Assembly (NCBI GenBank): GCA_964397195.1 | Contig: CAYNGY010000001.1 | Span: forward strand, 6,586-70,585 | Direction of reading: 5' to 3' | DNA length: 64,000 bases | Source of the DNA: an uncultured Gammaproteobacteria bacterium | GTDB lineage: Bacteria; Patescibacteriota; Patescibacteriia; SBBC01; CAIJZX01 | In this document: positions 28,703 to 38,067 of the stretch, piece by piece | Position numbering within the stretch: position 1 is the stretch's first letter | How the letters are laid out: each line of letters opens with the position of its first letter | Position numbers and translations under genes: made by a program | Notes under the pieces: generated by a model | The model's database searches: none | The model's input: only the letters and a program-made list of their open reading frames with translations | What the model was told of the DNA's origin: nothing

Positions 28703-29602
28703 TTAGGAGTGAATCGAGTGGGTAAGTGAGGAGAATGTTCGCGCCGCCGGAGCCTGATGGAAGATCTCTTGCAGTGCGTGGATGCATTCAAGCGCCGAGA
28801 GACTCGGGAAACGCTGAATGAGGAGGGCGAATGAACGGACAGATTCAGCTGATTGATCGATGGTGCCCTGGGCTAATTGTACGCCGGCATTGCGGTTTCG
28901 TGAATGGGGGCTGCCGCCGGTGCCGTGAAAGTCGTCGATACCGGCCGGACCGATGATCACCTCGCGCTCGATACCGCAACGGTCAGCGGCGACGACCATC
29001 TCATTCTCACAGCGCTTCCATAAGTCGCTCAGTGCAATTGGTGACCACCCCAATCCAACGCCCAAGCCGTAGACAAGCGCGTAAACGTTTTTCAATACGC
29101 CGGCCAAGGAGACGTCAACCGGATGGGCGCTCTCCATAAACGACATCGCTTCCGGTGGGACAATAGATTCGAGGGTTCGTCGAATCTGTCGGCCGGGACC
29201 GGCGATGACGCCATGGCCGCGTGCGCCCGAGCGAATATCTTCGGCCACCATCGGTCCGCCAATCACCACCCACGGCTGTCTCGTGCCGAGTGTTTCCGCG
29301 GCAATTTCCGCGGCGCACTGGAGCGTATGTTCCTCGAGACCTTTACTAAAGAAGACAAAGGTCGACTGCGGCGTCGCTAAGGGCTGGACATCGGCCAGGG
29401 CTTTTCGGATAGCGTCCGTCGGCACCGCGAATAAAACGAGATCTGCGTTGGGCACACCGGCACTCAGGAGGGTCACCCCGGGCGTAATCCCCGGCTGAGC
29501 GTCCCAGAGCCCAACGGTCGACTGATGACCACGCCCAAACACGTGCGCGAAGGCGCGTCCGAGCCGTCCCGCGCCAATAATGACAATTCGTGTCTGAGCC
29601 AT
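28703..29602 (-). CDS. gpsA: NAD(P)H-dependent glycerol-3-phosphate dehydrogenase (divergent)
   Basis: GAGRLG Rossmann motif, AVP, SKGLE, GGP..AE, G.LKNVYA, SRNR..G. Confidence 0.8.
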   Translation of the reverse strand: MAQTRIVIIGAGRLGRAFAHVFGRGHQSTVGLWDAQPGITPGVTLLSAGVPNADLVLFAVPTDAIRKALADVQPLATPQSTFVFFSKGLEEHTLQCAAEIAAETLGTRQPWVVIGGPMVAEDIRSGARGHGVIAGPGRQIRRTLESIVPPEAMSFMESAHPVDVSLAGVLKNVYALVYGLGVGLGWSPIALSDLWKRCENEMVVAADRCGIEREVIIGPAGIDDFHGTGGSPHSRNRNAGVQLAQGTIDQSAESVRSFALLIQRFPSLSALECIHALQEIFHQAPAARTFSSLTHSIHS

Positions 29603-29606
29603 GGGT

Positions 29607-30251
29607 TTATTTAGCGGCGGCCTGGACGGCCGACACCAGTTCGTCCTTGGTAAATGGAGTATTCAGTTGAACACCATTAATATAGACCGTCGGGGTCCCG
29701 GCGAGGCGAATTTGATTCCCGGTCGCCACGTCTCGCTCAATACGATCTTTGACGCCCGAGCTATTCAGGTCATCGGCAAAGGTCTTTTCGTTGAGGCCGA
29801 GCTCTTTAGCGTATGATTTTAAGGTTACCTGGACATCACCGGCGGTCGACCAGGTGGACTGCCGTTCAAACAGGATATTATGCATCTCCCAGAACTTCCC
29901 CTGGTTACTCGCCGCTTCCGAAGCCTGCGCCGCGATCTGCGCATTCGGATGCGCCTGGCGCAACGGGTAATGTCGATAGACAAAACGGGCCTGATTCCCG
30001 AGCGCTGATTCGGCGTCCTTCAGAATCGGATAGTAGTACCCGCACGCCGGACATTGAAAGTCGCTGTATTCAACGACGGTCACCGGGGCGGTCGCTTCGC
30101 CTAGGATATGATCCGTGTCAGTAATCGTCAGGGCCGCCGTCGTGGTTTCGCTTGATGGGCTGCTACCAAGATTGGCCAGGAGAACAATGAGTCCGATCGT
30201 GCCGATGATACCGCCGACCCACCAGAGGAGTGAACGTGTTTGAGCATTCAT
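29607..30251 (-). CDS. DsbA-family thiol:disulfide oxidoreductase
   Basis: N-terminal TM, EYSDFQCPAC, YRHYPL, GKFWEMH, GTPT.YING. Confidence 0.93.
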   Translation of the reverse strand: MNAQTRSLLWWVGGIIGTIGLIVLLANLGSSPSSETTTAALTITDTDHILGEATAPVTVVEYSDFQCPACGYYYPILKDAESALGNQARFVYRHYPLRQAHPNAQIAAQASEAASNQGKFWEMHNILFERQSTWSTAGDVQVTLKSYAKELGLNEKTFADDLNSSGVKDRIERDVATGNQIRLAGTPTVYINGVQLNTPFTKDELVSAVQAAAK

Positions 30252-30265
30252 GAGATCTTTGTAAC

Positions 30266-31270
30266 TTAGTGAACAATATTTTGCGGCGTGCCATTCGTAA
30301 AGGCACGGATGTTGTCGATCGTCGTCTGGAGAATTCGTTCCAACGCCTCGCGGGTATTAAAGGCGTTGTGCGGCGTGATGATCACCCGTGGGTGCGAGAG
30401 GAGGGCGTGATCGGCCAGGAGTGTTTTCAGGTCACAGGTTTTCTTGAATTGCTCGCTGACGAGTTGTCGTTCTTCGAGAATGGCACATTCTTCTTCTAAC
30501 ACATCGAGCCCGACCCCGGCGAGGTGTCCGCGTTCAAGCACCTGCACGAGCGCTTGCGTGTCGATCAGTGTCCCGCGCGCGGTGTTAATCAAATATGCGT
30601 CCGGCTTCATCAACATCAACCGCTCTTCGTTCATGAGGTGGAGCGTGCTCGGTAACGCCGGGGCATGGAGTGAGACCACATCGCTGGTGGATAGTACCTC
30701 CTCGAGGGTTAGGTAAGTAAAGCCGAGTTCGCTGGCCAGTTTTGGATTTGGTTTGGCGTCGAAGGCGACGACGTTCATGCCGAATCCTCGGGCCATCCGA
30801 ATCGCGTGTTGTCCGATTCGGCCTGTACCAATAATGCCAAACGTTTTTCCGTGCAGGTCAACGCCGCGCAATCCATCGAGCCGAAAGTCTCCGAGGCGCG
30901 TATGGTCAACGGCCGGGACAATCTTTCGGGTCAGGGCGAGGAGTAAGGCGAAGGCTTGTTCGGCGACGGTATTCTCGCCGTACGACGGAACATTACTGAC
31001 GACAATGCCGCGCTCCGCGCAGGCGGCGAGGTCAATGTGGTCGTATCCGGTTGAAAGCGTCGCGACCATTTTCAGATTCGGCATTTTTTCGAGAACCGCT
31101 TTCGTCACCGGACTATAGATGAAGACCGTCAAAATATTCGGGTCCTTCAGATCACCGGCCGCTTCTAAATGGGCGGCCGAATACACGCCATCGCCCAGCT
31201 CTCGTTTCATGATCTCTATTTCCCATGGTTCGAGTTCAACACCGGCGAGGCGGTACGGAGGATTTGTCAT
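30266..31270 (-). CDS. D-2-hydroxyacid (D-lactate-like) dehydrogenase
   Basis: STGYDHID, NVPSYG..VAE, G.IGTGRIG, INTARG, LDVLE.E, TPHNAF. Confidence 0.92.
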   Translation of the reverse strand: MTNPPYRLAGVELEPWEIEIMKRELGDGVYSAAHLEAAGDLKDPNILTVFIYSPVTKAVLEKMPNLKMVATLSTGYDHIDLAACAERGIVVSNVPSYGENTVAEQAFALLLALTRKIVPAVDHTRLGDFRLDGLRGVDLHGKTFGIIGTGRIGQHAIRMARGFGMNVVAFDAKPNPKLASELGFTYLTLEEVLSTSDVVSLHAPALPSTLHLMNEERLMLMKPDAYLINTARGTLIDTQALVQVLERGHLAGVGLDVLEEECAILEERQLVSEQFKKTCDLKTLLADHALLSHPRVIITPHNAFNTREALERILQTTIDNIRAFTNGTPQNIVH

Positions 31271-31545
31271 ACGCGTTTATATACGTCAATGAGTTCGTTG
31301 GTTACTGTATCACCTTTTCCGACTTTTATGTCACGGGCGACGCAGATGGTGAGGTGCTGTCGGATCATCTCCTCGTCAAAGTTCTTGAGGGCCGATTGAA
31401 TCGCCTGTGACTGGTGGACGATATCGATGCAGTTCGCGCCCTCATCCACCATCCGTCGCACCTTCCGCAAGTGCCCTTCGATGATGGCGAGGCGGTGCCC
31501 GACCGACTTTCGCTTATCATTTCCTAAGGTTTTCATATGATACAC
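31267..31545 (-). CDS. csoR: CsoR/RcnR-family metal-sensing repressor
   Basis: RL..IEGH...V.RMV.EG..C.DI..Q..A....L, H...C ligands. Confidence 0.88.
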   Translation of the reverse strand: MYHMKTLGNDKRKSVGHRLAIIEGHLRKVRRMVDEGANCIDIVHQSQAIQSALKNFDEEMIRQHLTICVARDIKVGKGDTVTNELIDVYKRV

Positions 31546-31599
31546 AGGTTATTCCCAGGTAGGGGTGGGGGGATTCGTGGATAGGTCTGTGGACAGTTC

Positions 31600-31645
31600 T
31601 AATCCCCTATGGGGGGATTATAGCAATCCACAGGGTTCCGCACAA
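31600..31645 (-). promoter_or_regulatory. csoR operon promoter with CsoR-type operator
   Basis: TTGTGC-17-TATAAT (31645-31617); palindrome TAATCCCC-N5-GGGGATTA (31600-31620) over -10/+1. Confidence 0.7.
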
Positions 31646-31699
31646 ATCCCCCCTCCCCAGCCCCGGGACTAGCGGAAAAGCAACGTTCGGCGTAGGGTG

Positions 31700-32003
31700 A
31701 GGTTGCCCTTCAAAAATCGGTGAACGTTGTTCCCCAGCGCCCCTGATGACGCATGAGACAGAAGGTTGTATCACACCAACGTGAGGCAAACTGCTGAGCC
31801 ATGATGTAGGGCGTTGCTGGTTGGGCAACCGGCAATGTCTGAGCGTGCGAAGCGCGTTTCATGGAAGCCATGTCACACGGGTCCCACCCCTCTCAGCACG
31901 ACCGCGGTTCGGTAGATTCTCGTGGCCTTGCGGCCCGAACCGTGTACTGCCTCCGCGTTCACCGTCGCTCCACTCGCGGCCCCCTTCGGTCGCGAGATTT
32001 TTT
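31700..32003 (+). ncRNA. candidate structured ncRNA (~300 nt)
   Basis: intergenic; several helices with G.U pairs only valid on plus strand; long-range CGGTGAACG/CGTTCACCG; plus-strand terminator 31973-32003. Confidence 0.5.
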
Positions 32004-32211
32004 ATTCCCGTCGGCGAACGTCGTGCCCGTGCCGCTGGAGCGTTTCGGTCACCATCATCGGCGTGACCGCCGCATCGTGCTCGACCGTTAGTTCTTTTTT
32101 GTGAATGTGCACTTCCGCCCGATGGACTCCCGGAAGATCTTCGCACGCCCCTTCGATATCAATGGCGCACGACGCGCATTCGAGATCGTGGATGGAGAAG
32201 ACGGTGTTCAT
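32002..32211 (-). CDS. heavy-metal-associated (CopZ-like) chaperone
   Basis: L.CASC motif, PGV..A.V, 69 aa HMA fold. Confidence 0.88.
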   Translation of the reverse strand: MNTVFSIHDLECASCAIDIEGACEDLPGVHRAEVHIHKKELTVEHDAAVTPMMVTETLQRHGHDVRRRE

Positions 32212-33209
32212 ATGACGTTGACGGTTCCTGAATACATCCCCATCCCGCAGGTGAAGGTATATCGTCCGGCCGACGGAAATTGTGCGGTGATCTGACTCGT
32301 GCCGCTGGTCGGAAGATTCTTTGAGATGCCGAGCTTTGGGATGCGGAAGACGCTCGTACAGCCGGAGTTTTTTTCCGTCGTCAGGTTGAAGGTCACGACA
32401 CGCCCGGCTGGGACCGTGACCGCATTCGGCGTATACCCGTCCGCGTGAACATCGATAGCAATGTCCGTGGCCGCAATCTCAGTCGGAGTGGCGCGGCCAG
32501 TTAGCGCCCAGCGCCAGGCGGCGAGTTGGTTTTGGGCGCTGAGCGGCGAATCAGTCGCCACTAACACGCCGTTGAGCGACACGAGTCCGACACCGACGAC
32601 AACCAGCATCGCCACGGTGGCTAATTGTTTTTGAAAAACAGCGACACTCCGCGCGGCGACGCCGACGAGCAAGAAGAGCGGGACGGTACCGAGGACAAAT
32701 GCGCCAAGGATCGCCGCGCCGGTCGCCGCACTCCCCGTTCCGATCGCACTGACCTCCATCGCTTGCGTCGTGCCGCATGGGATCAAGACGGTCAGGAATC
32801 CAACCGCCGCCGGCGCGGCAACGGATTCCCATTTCGCACTGCGGCGGATGAAGCGTCGTCCGGCCGCCGGAAGTTGTGGGGTCAGCCACGGCAAAAAGTT
32901 CGGCCAGCGCAATCGTAACCCGGCGACGATAATAAAGAGGGCCGCGACAGCTTGGAACCACAGTTGGACGGTCGTCGAAAGTTGCATCCGACTCCCGAGC
33001 CAGCCGAGCAAGCCGCCGAGGACGAGGTAGACAAACAGCTTGGCTACCAAAAAGCTGGCGGTCGGCACGAGGGCGTTCGCCCACTGCCATCGTCCGTCAG
33101 CAGCGGCTGAGCGGCGGGCGAGGATCCCGGCGAGGAGTCCGCCTTGGACCGCCATGCAGGTCAGACCACCCGTTGTCAGTCCCGTCAAAAATGCCAACCA
33201 CGGCGTCAT
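32208..33209 (-). CDS. DsbD_2/TauE-like membrane protein fused to cupredoxin domain
   Basis: GL..GG..C...QGG, LIPCG, F.LGT.P; C-terminal GC...F.IP, YTFTCGMGMY.G. Confidence 0.82.
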   Translation of the reverse strand: MTPWLAFLTGLTTGGLTCMAVQGGLLAGILARRSAAADGRWQWANALVPTASFLVAKLFVYLVLGGLLGWLGSRMQLSTTVQLWFQAVAALFIIVAGLRLRWPNFLPWLTPQLPAAGRRFIRRSAKWESVAAPAAVGFLTVLIPCGTTQAMEVSAIGTGSAATGAAILGAFVLGTVPLFLLVGVAARSVAVFQKQLATVAMLVVVGVGLVSLNGVLVATDSPLSAQNQLAAWRWALTGRATPTEIAATDIAIDVHADGYTPNAVTVPAGRVVTFNLTTEKNSGCTSVFRIPKLGISKNLPTSGTSQITAQFPSAGRYTFTCGMGMYSGTVNVI

Positions 33210-33294
33210 ATGTACTACGTATTGTAGTACGCTCACCGCAGCGGGTCAATGTGGCCTTGCGTTTTTCGCGGTATTTCGCTATGCTCTGCCCGAT

Positions 33295-35130
33295 ATGACT
33301 ATCAATCCCCTCGCAAAAAACCTGCTGTCGCTGTTGGCCGGAATTATCATTCTTGGTGCCTTTTTAAGTCTCTTCAACACGAATGACCAGAAGACCAAAA
33401 CGGTCTCGATCGGTCAGGTGATTGAGAAGATTAACAGCGATAACGTTAAGACCATCGATATCGTCGGCGATAAGCTAATCGCGACCCTCAAGGATGAGTC
33501 GAAGATTTCGGCCCAAAAAGAGCCGACCGTCGACTGGAGCACCTTGGCCAAGAACTACGGCCTTGATTCCGCCAAGCTCATTGCCGTCAGCGGTACCGTC
33601 AAAGACACCGCCGGTACTCAATTCTGGGTTAATGCTCTCCTCCAAATCCTCGTCCCATTCTTGCTCATCCTCGGATTCATCTGGCTAACCTTCCGCCAAG
33701 TCCAAGGGCAAAACAGCCGGGCCATGAACTTCGGCTCCCTTCAACAGAAAGAACCGGAAGAAACGACCGTCAAGAAGAGCAAAATTACCTTCCAAGACGT
33801 GGCCGGTGCAGCCGAGGCCAAAGAAGAACTTCAGGAAATTGTGGAATTCCTAAAAAACCCGACGCGGTTTACTGACCTCGGGGCGAAAATCCCGAAAGGG
33901 GCGCTCTTGGTCGGCCCGCCGGGAACCGGTAAAACACTGCTGGCGAAAGCGGTCGCCGGTGAAGCTGATGTGCCGTTCTATAATATTTCCGGTTCAGAAT
34001 TCGTCGAGATGTTCGTCGGTGTCGGGGCTAGTCGCGTCCGTGATCTGTTCCGCCGCGCCAAGAAAACCGCCCCATCCATCGTCTTCATTGATGAAATTGA
34101 TGCCGTCGGCCGACAACGTGGCGCGGGATTAGGTGGCGGCCATGATGAGCGCGAACAAACACTCAACCAGATTCTCGTGGAAATGGACGGCTTTGATACC
34201 GATACGCACGTCATCGTCGTCGCGGCGACCAACCGTCCCGACATTCTCGACCCCGCTCTGCTTCGTCCGGGCCGATTCGACCGCCGGGTCATGATCGATC
34301 TCCCTGATATTAACGAACGTGAGGCGATTCTCGCGGTCCACGCGAAAAATAAGCCGTTAGCGACCTCGGTCAGTCTGCGACGGCTCGCTGAGCGAACGCC
34401 CGGTTTCTCTGGTGCGGACCTCGCTAATCTCTTGAATGAAGCCGCTATCCTCGCCGCCCGTGGTCGGCGTACCGAAGTGACCATGGATGATGGGATGAAT
34501 GCGATGGAGAAGGTACTACTCGGGCCTGAACGCCGCTCGAAGGTCATGACGGACGATGAGAAGAAGCTGACCGCCTATCATGAAGCCGGGCACGCCGTCG
34601 TCGCCCATTTCACCCACGGCGCGGATCCGGTGCAGAAAGTCTCGGTCATCTCGCGTGGTCGGGCTGGTGGATTTACACTCAACACCCCTACCCACGATAA
34701 GAACTACCGCACGCTGAAAGAGTTTCAGGCGGAACTGGCAGTCATGATGGGCGGGCAAATGGCGGAACGGCTGATCTTCAAAGAAGTCTCCACCGGCGCC
34801 TCGAATGACCTTAAGCGCGCCACCGGCCTCGCCCGGTCAATCGTCACCCGCTACGGCATGAGCAAACTTGGCCCACGGACATACGGTGAATCAGAAGAAA
34901 TGGTCTTCCTCGGGCGGGAAATCCACGAACGTCGGGATTATTCAGAAAAGACCGCCCAAAACATCGATGACGAGATCGACCATATCCTCGTTGAGGCGCG
35001 CACGTCCGCCGAGGCGCTCTTGAAAGAGCGTCGCGACCTGCTGGAAAAGGTGGCCCAAGAACTTCTGGCTAAAGAAACGATCGAACACGACGCCTTCCTC
35101 GCCTTAGCCGGTCCGCGACCGACCGCCTAG
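33295..35130 (+). CDS. ftsH: ATP-dependent zinc metalloprotease FtsH
   Basis: two TMs, [36 protein letters not shown]. Confidence 0.98.
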   Translation: MTINPLAKNLLSLLAGIIILGAFLSLFNTNDQKTKTVSIGQVIEKINSDNVKTIDIVGDKLIATLKDESKISAQKEPTVDWSTLAKNYGLDSAKLIAVSGTVKDTAGTQFWVNALLQILVPFLLILGFIWLTFRQVQGQNSRAMNFGSLQQKEPEETTVKKSKITFQDVAGAAEAKEELQEIVEFLKNPTRFTDLGAKIPKGALLVGPPGTGKTLLAKAVAGEADVPFYNISGSEFVEMFVGVGASRVRDLFRRAKKTAPSIVFIDEIDAVGRQRGAGLGGGHDEREQTLNQILVEMDGFDTDTHVIVVAATNRPDILDPALLRPGRFDRRVMIDLPDINEREAILAVHAKNKPLATSVSLRRLAERTPGFSGADLANLLNEAAILAARGRRTEVTMDDGMNAMEKVLLGPERRSKVMTDDEKKLTAYHEAGHAVVAHFTHGADPVQKVSVISRGRAGGFTLNTPTHDKNYRTLKEFQAELAVMMGGQMAERLIFKEVSTGASNDLKRATGLARSIVTRYGMSKLGPRTYGESEEMVFLGREIHERRDYSEKTAQNIDDEIDHILVEARTSAEALLKERRDLLEKVAQELLAKETIEHDAFLALAGPRPTA

Positions 35131-35217
35131 GGGAATGTTGCGCGGGAGCAGCCAGAGTGGTATACTCATGGCTGTTCGTCGTCCGCAATTGCGGATGCAC
35201 ATGAGACAAAAACAGCC

Positions 35218-36249
35218 ATGAACATCCTCGACATCCTCGATATCGTGATCGAATGGGTCGCCTTCGGCCTCGTGATTCTCGGCATCGTCTTGTTATTTGC
35301 CTCGAAGACGATTCGCCCGTACCTTCGGCAAGGGCTTCAGATCATGTGGTCAAAAAAGTATCTCTGGTTTGTCGGGATCTTCGCCGGCATCACCGCCTAT
35401 GGTGGTGAGGTCAACTTTTTGATGCAGAAAGTCTACGACGTCGCCAGTTTCCGCGACTATATTGCCGCCATTCGCGAGGTCGTCGTCAAAGGTGAGGCCC
35501 ATGACTTCCTCAATCTCCTGCGCCAAGGCTACGCCAACTCGCCGTGGATTCTGACCGGCTACGTCGCTATTATCATCCTCCTGATTGCGCTCATCTATTG
35601 GCTGGTCATTATCTCCCAGGGCCTGATTATGCGTCTCGCCGGTCGTATTGTTGCCGGTGAATCCGGTACGTTCATCGACGCCGTCTCGACCACGGCCGGA
35701 AAATTCTGGAGCCTGCTCAAAGTCGCCATCATGTTCCTCTTAATCGGCTGGGCGGCCTGGCTTGTCCTCGTCGGATTACCGACCATGATTTATTTCCTGA
35801 CCGGTGCCTCAGCTTGGACCGGGGTGGCGCAGGTCGGATCGTACATCTCGCTAGTGATTAGTTTCTTCAACCTCTTCCTCTTGCAATACGCGACGGCGAC
35901 GGTGGTCCTCTACAGCAAACAACCGGTTGATGCCGTGGTCCATGCCTGGCGCATTTTCCGCCGCAATATTCTCCTGACCTTCGAACTTGCCCTTGGCCTC
36001 TTTGCCGCCAACCTGATTACCACCTTCGTCCTCGCCGCCGTCTTGGCCTTCGTCTTCCAGGTCCAGACGATGACCACCTTCATTTCGATGTTGGTCATTC
36101 TCATCCTCCAGCTCGGATTGAGCTCGGCCTTTAGCTTCGCTTCGACGACCGCCCTCTTCGTCCACCTGCAAAATAACTCGCCGGAAAGTAAGCTTGGCCA
36201 GTGGACCGAAAAGATCGTCAATTTGGCGACGGTCAAGAAAGAAGTCTAA
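35218..36249 (+). CDS. hypothetical polytopic membrane protein
   Basis: 343 aa, multiple TM helices. Confidence 0.75.
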   Translation: MNILDILDIVIEWVAFGLVILGIVLLFASKTIRPYLRQGLQIMWSKKYLWFVGIFAGITAYGGEVNFLMQKVYDVASFRDYIAAIREVVVKGEAHDFLNLLRQGYANSPWILTGYVAIIILLIALIYWLVIISQGLIMRLAGRIVAGESGTFIDAVSTTAGKFWSLLKVAIMFLLIGWAAWLVLVGLPTMIYFLTGASAWTGVAQVGSYISLVISFFNLFLLQYATATVVLYSKQPVDAVVHAWRIFRRNILLTFELALGLFAANLITTFVLAAVLAFVFQVQTMTTFISMLVILILQLGLSSAFSFASTTALFVHLQNNSPESKLGQWTEKIVNLATVKKEV

Positions 36250-36253
36250 ACAC

Positions 36254-36282
36254 TTGTCAGACATACCCCCGGGGGGTATACT
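36254..36282 (+). promoter_or_regulatory. tRNA-Ile promoter containing C5/G6 palindrome
   Basis: TTGTCA-17-TATACT; ATACCCCCGGGGGGTAT at 36263-36279. Confidence 0.7.
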
Positions 36283-36306
36283 GCGGGCGTTTTCACGTCT
36301 CTTGAT

Positions 36307-36383
36307 GGGCGGATAGCTCAGCTGGTCAGAGCAGCCGTCTTATACACGGCCGGTCCATGGTTCGAATCCATGTCCGCCCACCA
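36307..36383 (+). tRNA. tRNA-Ile (anticodon UAU)
   Basis: cloverleaf GGGCGGA/TCCGCCC, anticodon stem GCCGT/ACGGC, loop CT-TAT-AC, TTCGAAT, A-CCA. Confidence 0.9.
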
Positions 36384-36403
36384 AGAGTCGTGAAGAAGGT
36401 ATT

Positions 36404-36931
36404 TTGTCCAAACCTATGGATTTACTCCTTACCCTGAATCCAGAACACGTCACCGAACAGGAAGGTAACACGTACGCAACTCGTGGAGCGGCCCGTGCCG
36501 TTGTTTTAGATACCGATAACAATATCGCGTTACTCCACGTAGTAAATGAAAAGTATTATAAACTCCCCGGCGGCGGTCTCGAGAGCCAAGAAGATCCTAT
36601 CACAGCCCTGCGACGTGAGTGCCTCGAAGAGATTGGCGCTGATATTGATGTAGTGGGTGAGGTTGGTTTGATTGTGGAGTATCGCAAGTTTGAGCAACTC
36701 AAGCAAACGTCGTACTGTTATTTGGCCCGTCTCAAGGGTGAGAAAGGACGTCCGACTTTCACAGAAACAGAAATGGCGGGCGGTTTTCAGGCGGAGTGGG
36801 TTCCCCTCGCCGAAGCGCGCCGGTTGTTTGATGAACGCCTAGCGACCTCCCTTGAAGGCAGTGCGTATATCGTAAAGCGGGACATCAGATTTCTAGAAGA
36901 GGCTGAAAAGCAAATCAAAAAAATCGTCTAG
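36404..36931 (+). CDS. NUDIX hydrolase
   Basis: Nudix box LPGGGLE..E....ALRRECLEEIG. Confidence 0.92.
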   Translation: MSKPMDLLLTLNPEHVTEQEGNTYATRGAARAVVLDTDNNIALLHVVNEKYYKLPGGGLESQEDPITALRRECLEEIGADIDVVGEVGLIVEYRKFEQLKQTSYCYLARLKGEKGRPTFTETEMAGGFQAEWVPLAEARRLFDERLATSLEGSAYIVKRDIRFLEEAEKQIKKIV

Positions 36932-36998
36932 GCCCATTTGGTTCTTCCCAGCAACTCGTTCGCACGTCTCGTGTGGGCGGGTACACTGCGGAGGCACT

Positions 36999-37334
36999 GT
37001 GTCACCGATCTTTCAATATCTATTTGCCCTCGGCATCGGGTTGCTGACGGGACTCCTGATCGCCTGCGGTGGGGCGTGGAAAGATACGAAGTGGGAAGCC
37101 TTCAGCTGGTGGACGTTTCTGCGATCGCCGCTGGTCGCTGGCGCGTGGGGCATCGTCCTCCACGCCTGGCTCCCCAACGCCAACTGGCTCCTGCTCGGCC
37201 TGTCCTGCGCTGGTGGCGAACGTCTTTCCGTCGAAACGTGGAAGGCCTGTTGGCGCCGAATGCCCTCGAAGTTCAAGCAGGCGAATCGTGATACGGGGTG
37301 GCTACGCGAGCGACTTCGGAAACGCGCTCGATAA
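36999..37334 (+). CDS. small hypothetical membrane protein
   Basis: GGAGG SD before GTG; hydrophobic segments; upstream of CDP-alcohol transferase. Confidence 0.6.
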   Translation: MSPIFQYLFALGIGLLTGLLIACGGAWKDTKWEAFSWWTFLRSPLVAGAWGIVLHAWLPNANWLLLGLSCAGGERLSVETWKACWRRMPSKFKQANRDTGWLRERLRKRAR

Positions 37335-37361
37335 GCCCGCTGTCTTGCGCAGGAGGATTTC

Positions 37362-37976
37362 ATGAACGCTCGATCGTCGGGCGTCATGAACGCCCTGACA
37401 CTTGCTCGACTCGGCATCACCGCTTGGCTCTGGACCGTCGTTCGCCACGGATGGCGACAGACGGCGGCGGTGTTACTGCTGGTCATTCTGGCCGATGTCT
37501 TCGACGGCGTCATTGCGCGTCGGCTCGGTGTTGACGGCGTGCGGCGTCGGTTTCTCGATGCCGCGGTCGACCGATTCTCGATTCACTCGGTCTACGCCTT
37601 CGCGCTCTGGACGCATCCGCAATACTGCGGATGGTACTGGCCACTCCTCGTCCGCGATCTGATCGTGGTTCTTGGCTATTGGTGCTTCGTTAAGCCAACC
37701 AGGCGAATCATCGTCGGTTCCGGGTGGCATAAGTGGTCGAGTCTATCGCTCGCGTTGCTCGGGCTCCTCGTCGTGGCCGAGTCAGCGTCGGCCGTGGCCA
37801 TCGTCGCGCCGATCACCATCGGCATCGCCTATCTGCTCCTCGCGGATTACCTCGGACTCGTGTTGGCCACGCGGCGCGCGCAAATCCAAATGCAATGGGA
37901 TGACAACGGCGTCATCCGGGCGCGCGGACTGCTCGGCATCCAAACCCTATCGTCGTACATCACGGGTCGGTCCTAA
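37362..37976 (+). CDS. CDP-alcohol phosphatidyltransferase family protein
   Basis: N.LTL.R, D..DG.IARR......R..LD...D motif; AGGAGG SD. Confidence 0.85.
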   Translation: MNARSSGVMNALTLARLGITAWLWTVVRHGWRQTAAVLLLVILADVFDGVIARRLGVDGVRRRFLDAAVDRFSIHSVYAFALWTHPQYCGWYWPLLVRDLIVVLGYWCFVKPTRRIIVGSGWHKWSSLSLALLGLLVVAESASAVAIVAPITIGIAYLLLADYLGLVLATRRAQIQMQWDDNGVIRARGLLGIQTLSSYITGRS

Positions 37977-38067
37977 GCGACCGGCCCAGCTTTTTAATAA
38001 AAAGATCCCCCGAGAGAGCATACTGCTCCCCCGGGGATGTTCGGTCTGTGTGCGTTGTTCCTCGTCG

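Noticed and set aside
31570-31632. DnaA-box-like 9-mers (CGTGGATAG, TGTGGACAG, CAATCCACA; also TGTGGATAC and TGTGGGTAA near 42574-42597) as oriC
   Set aside because: All are mismatched and few, with no adjacent dnaA or extended AT-rich unwinding element.
31743-31765. Hammerhead ribozyme or fluoride riboswitch core (CTGATGAC)
   Set aside because: No correctly placed stem II/GAAA or upstream GGCGATGG-type motif.
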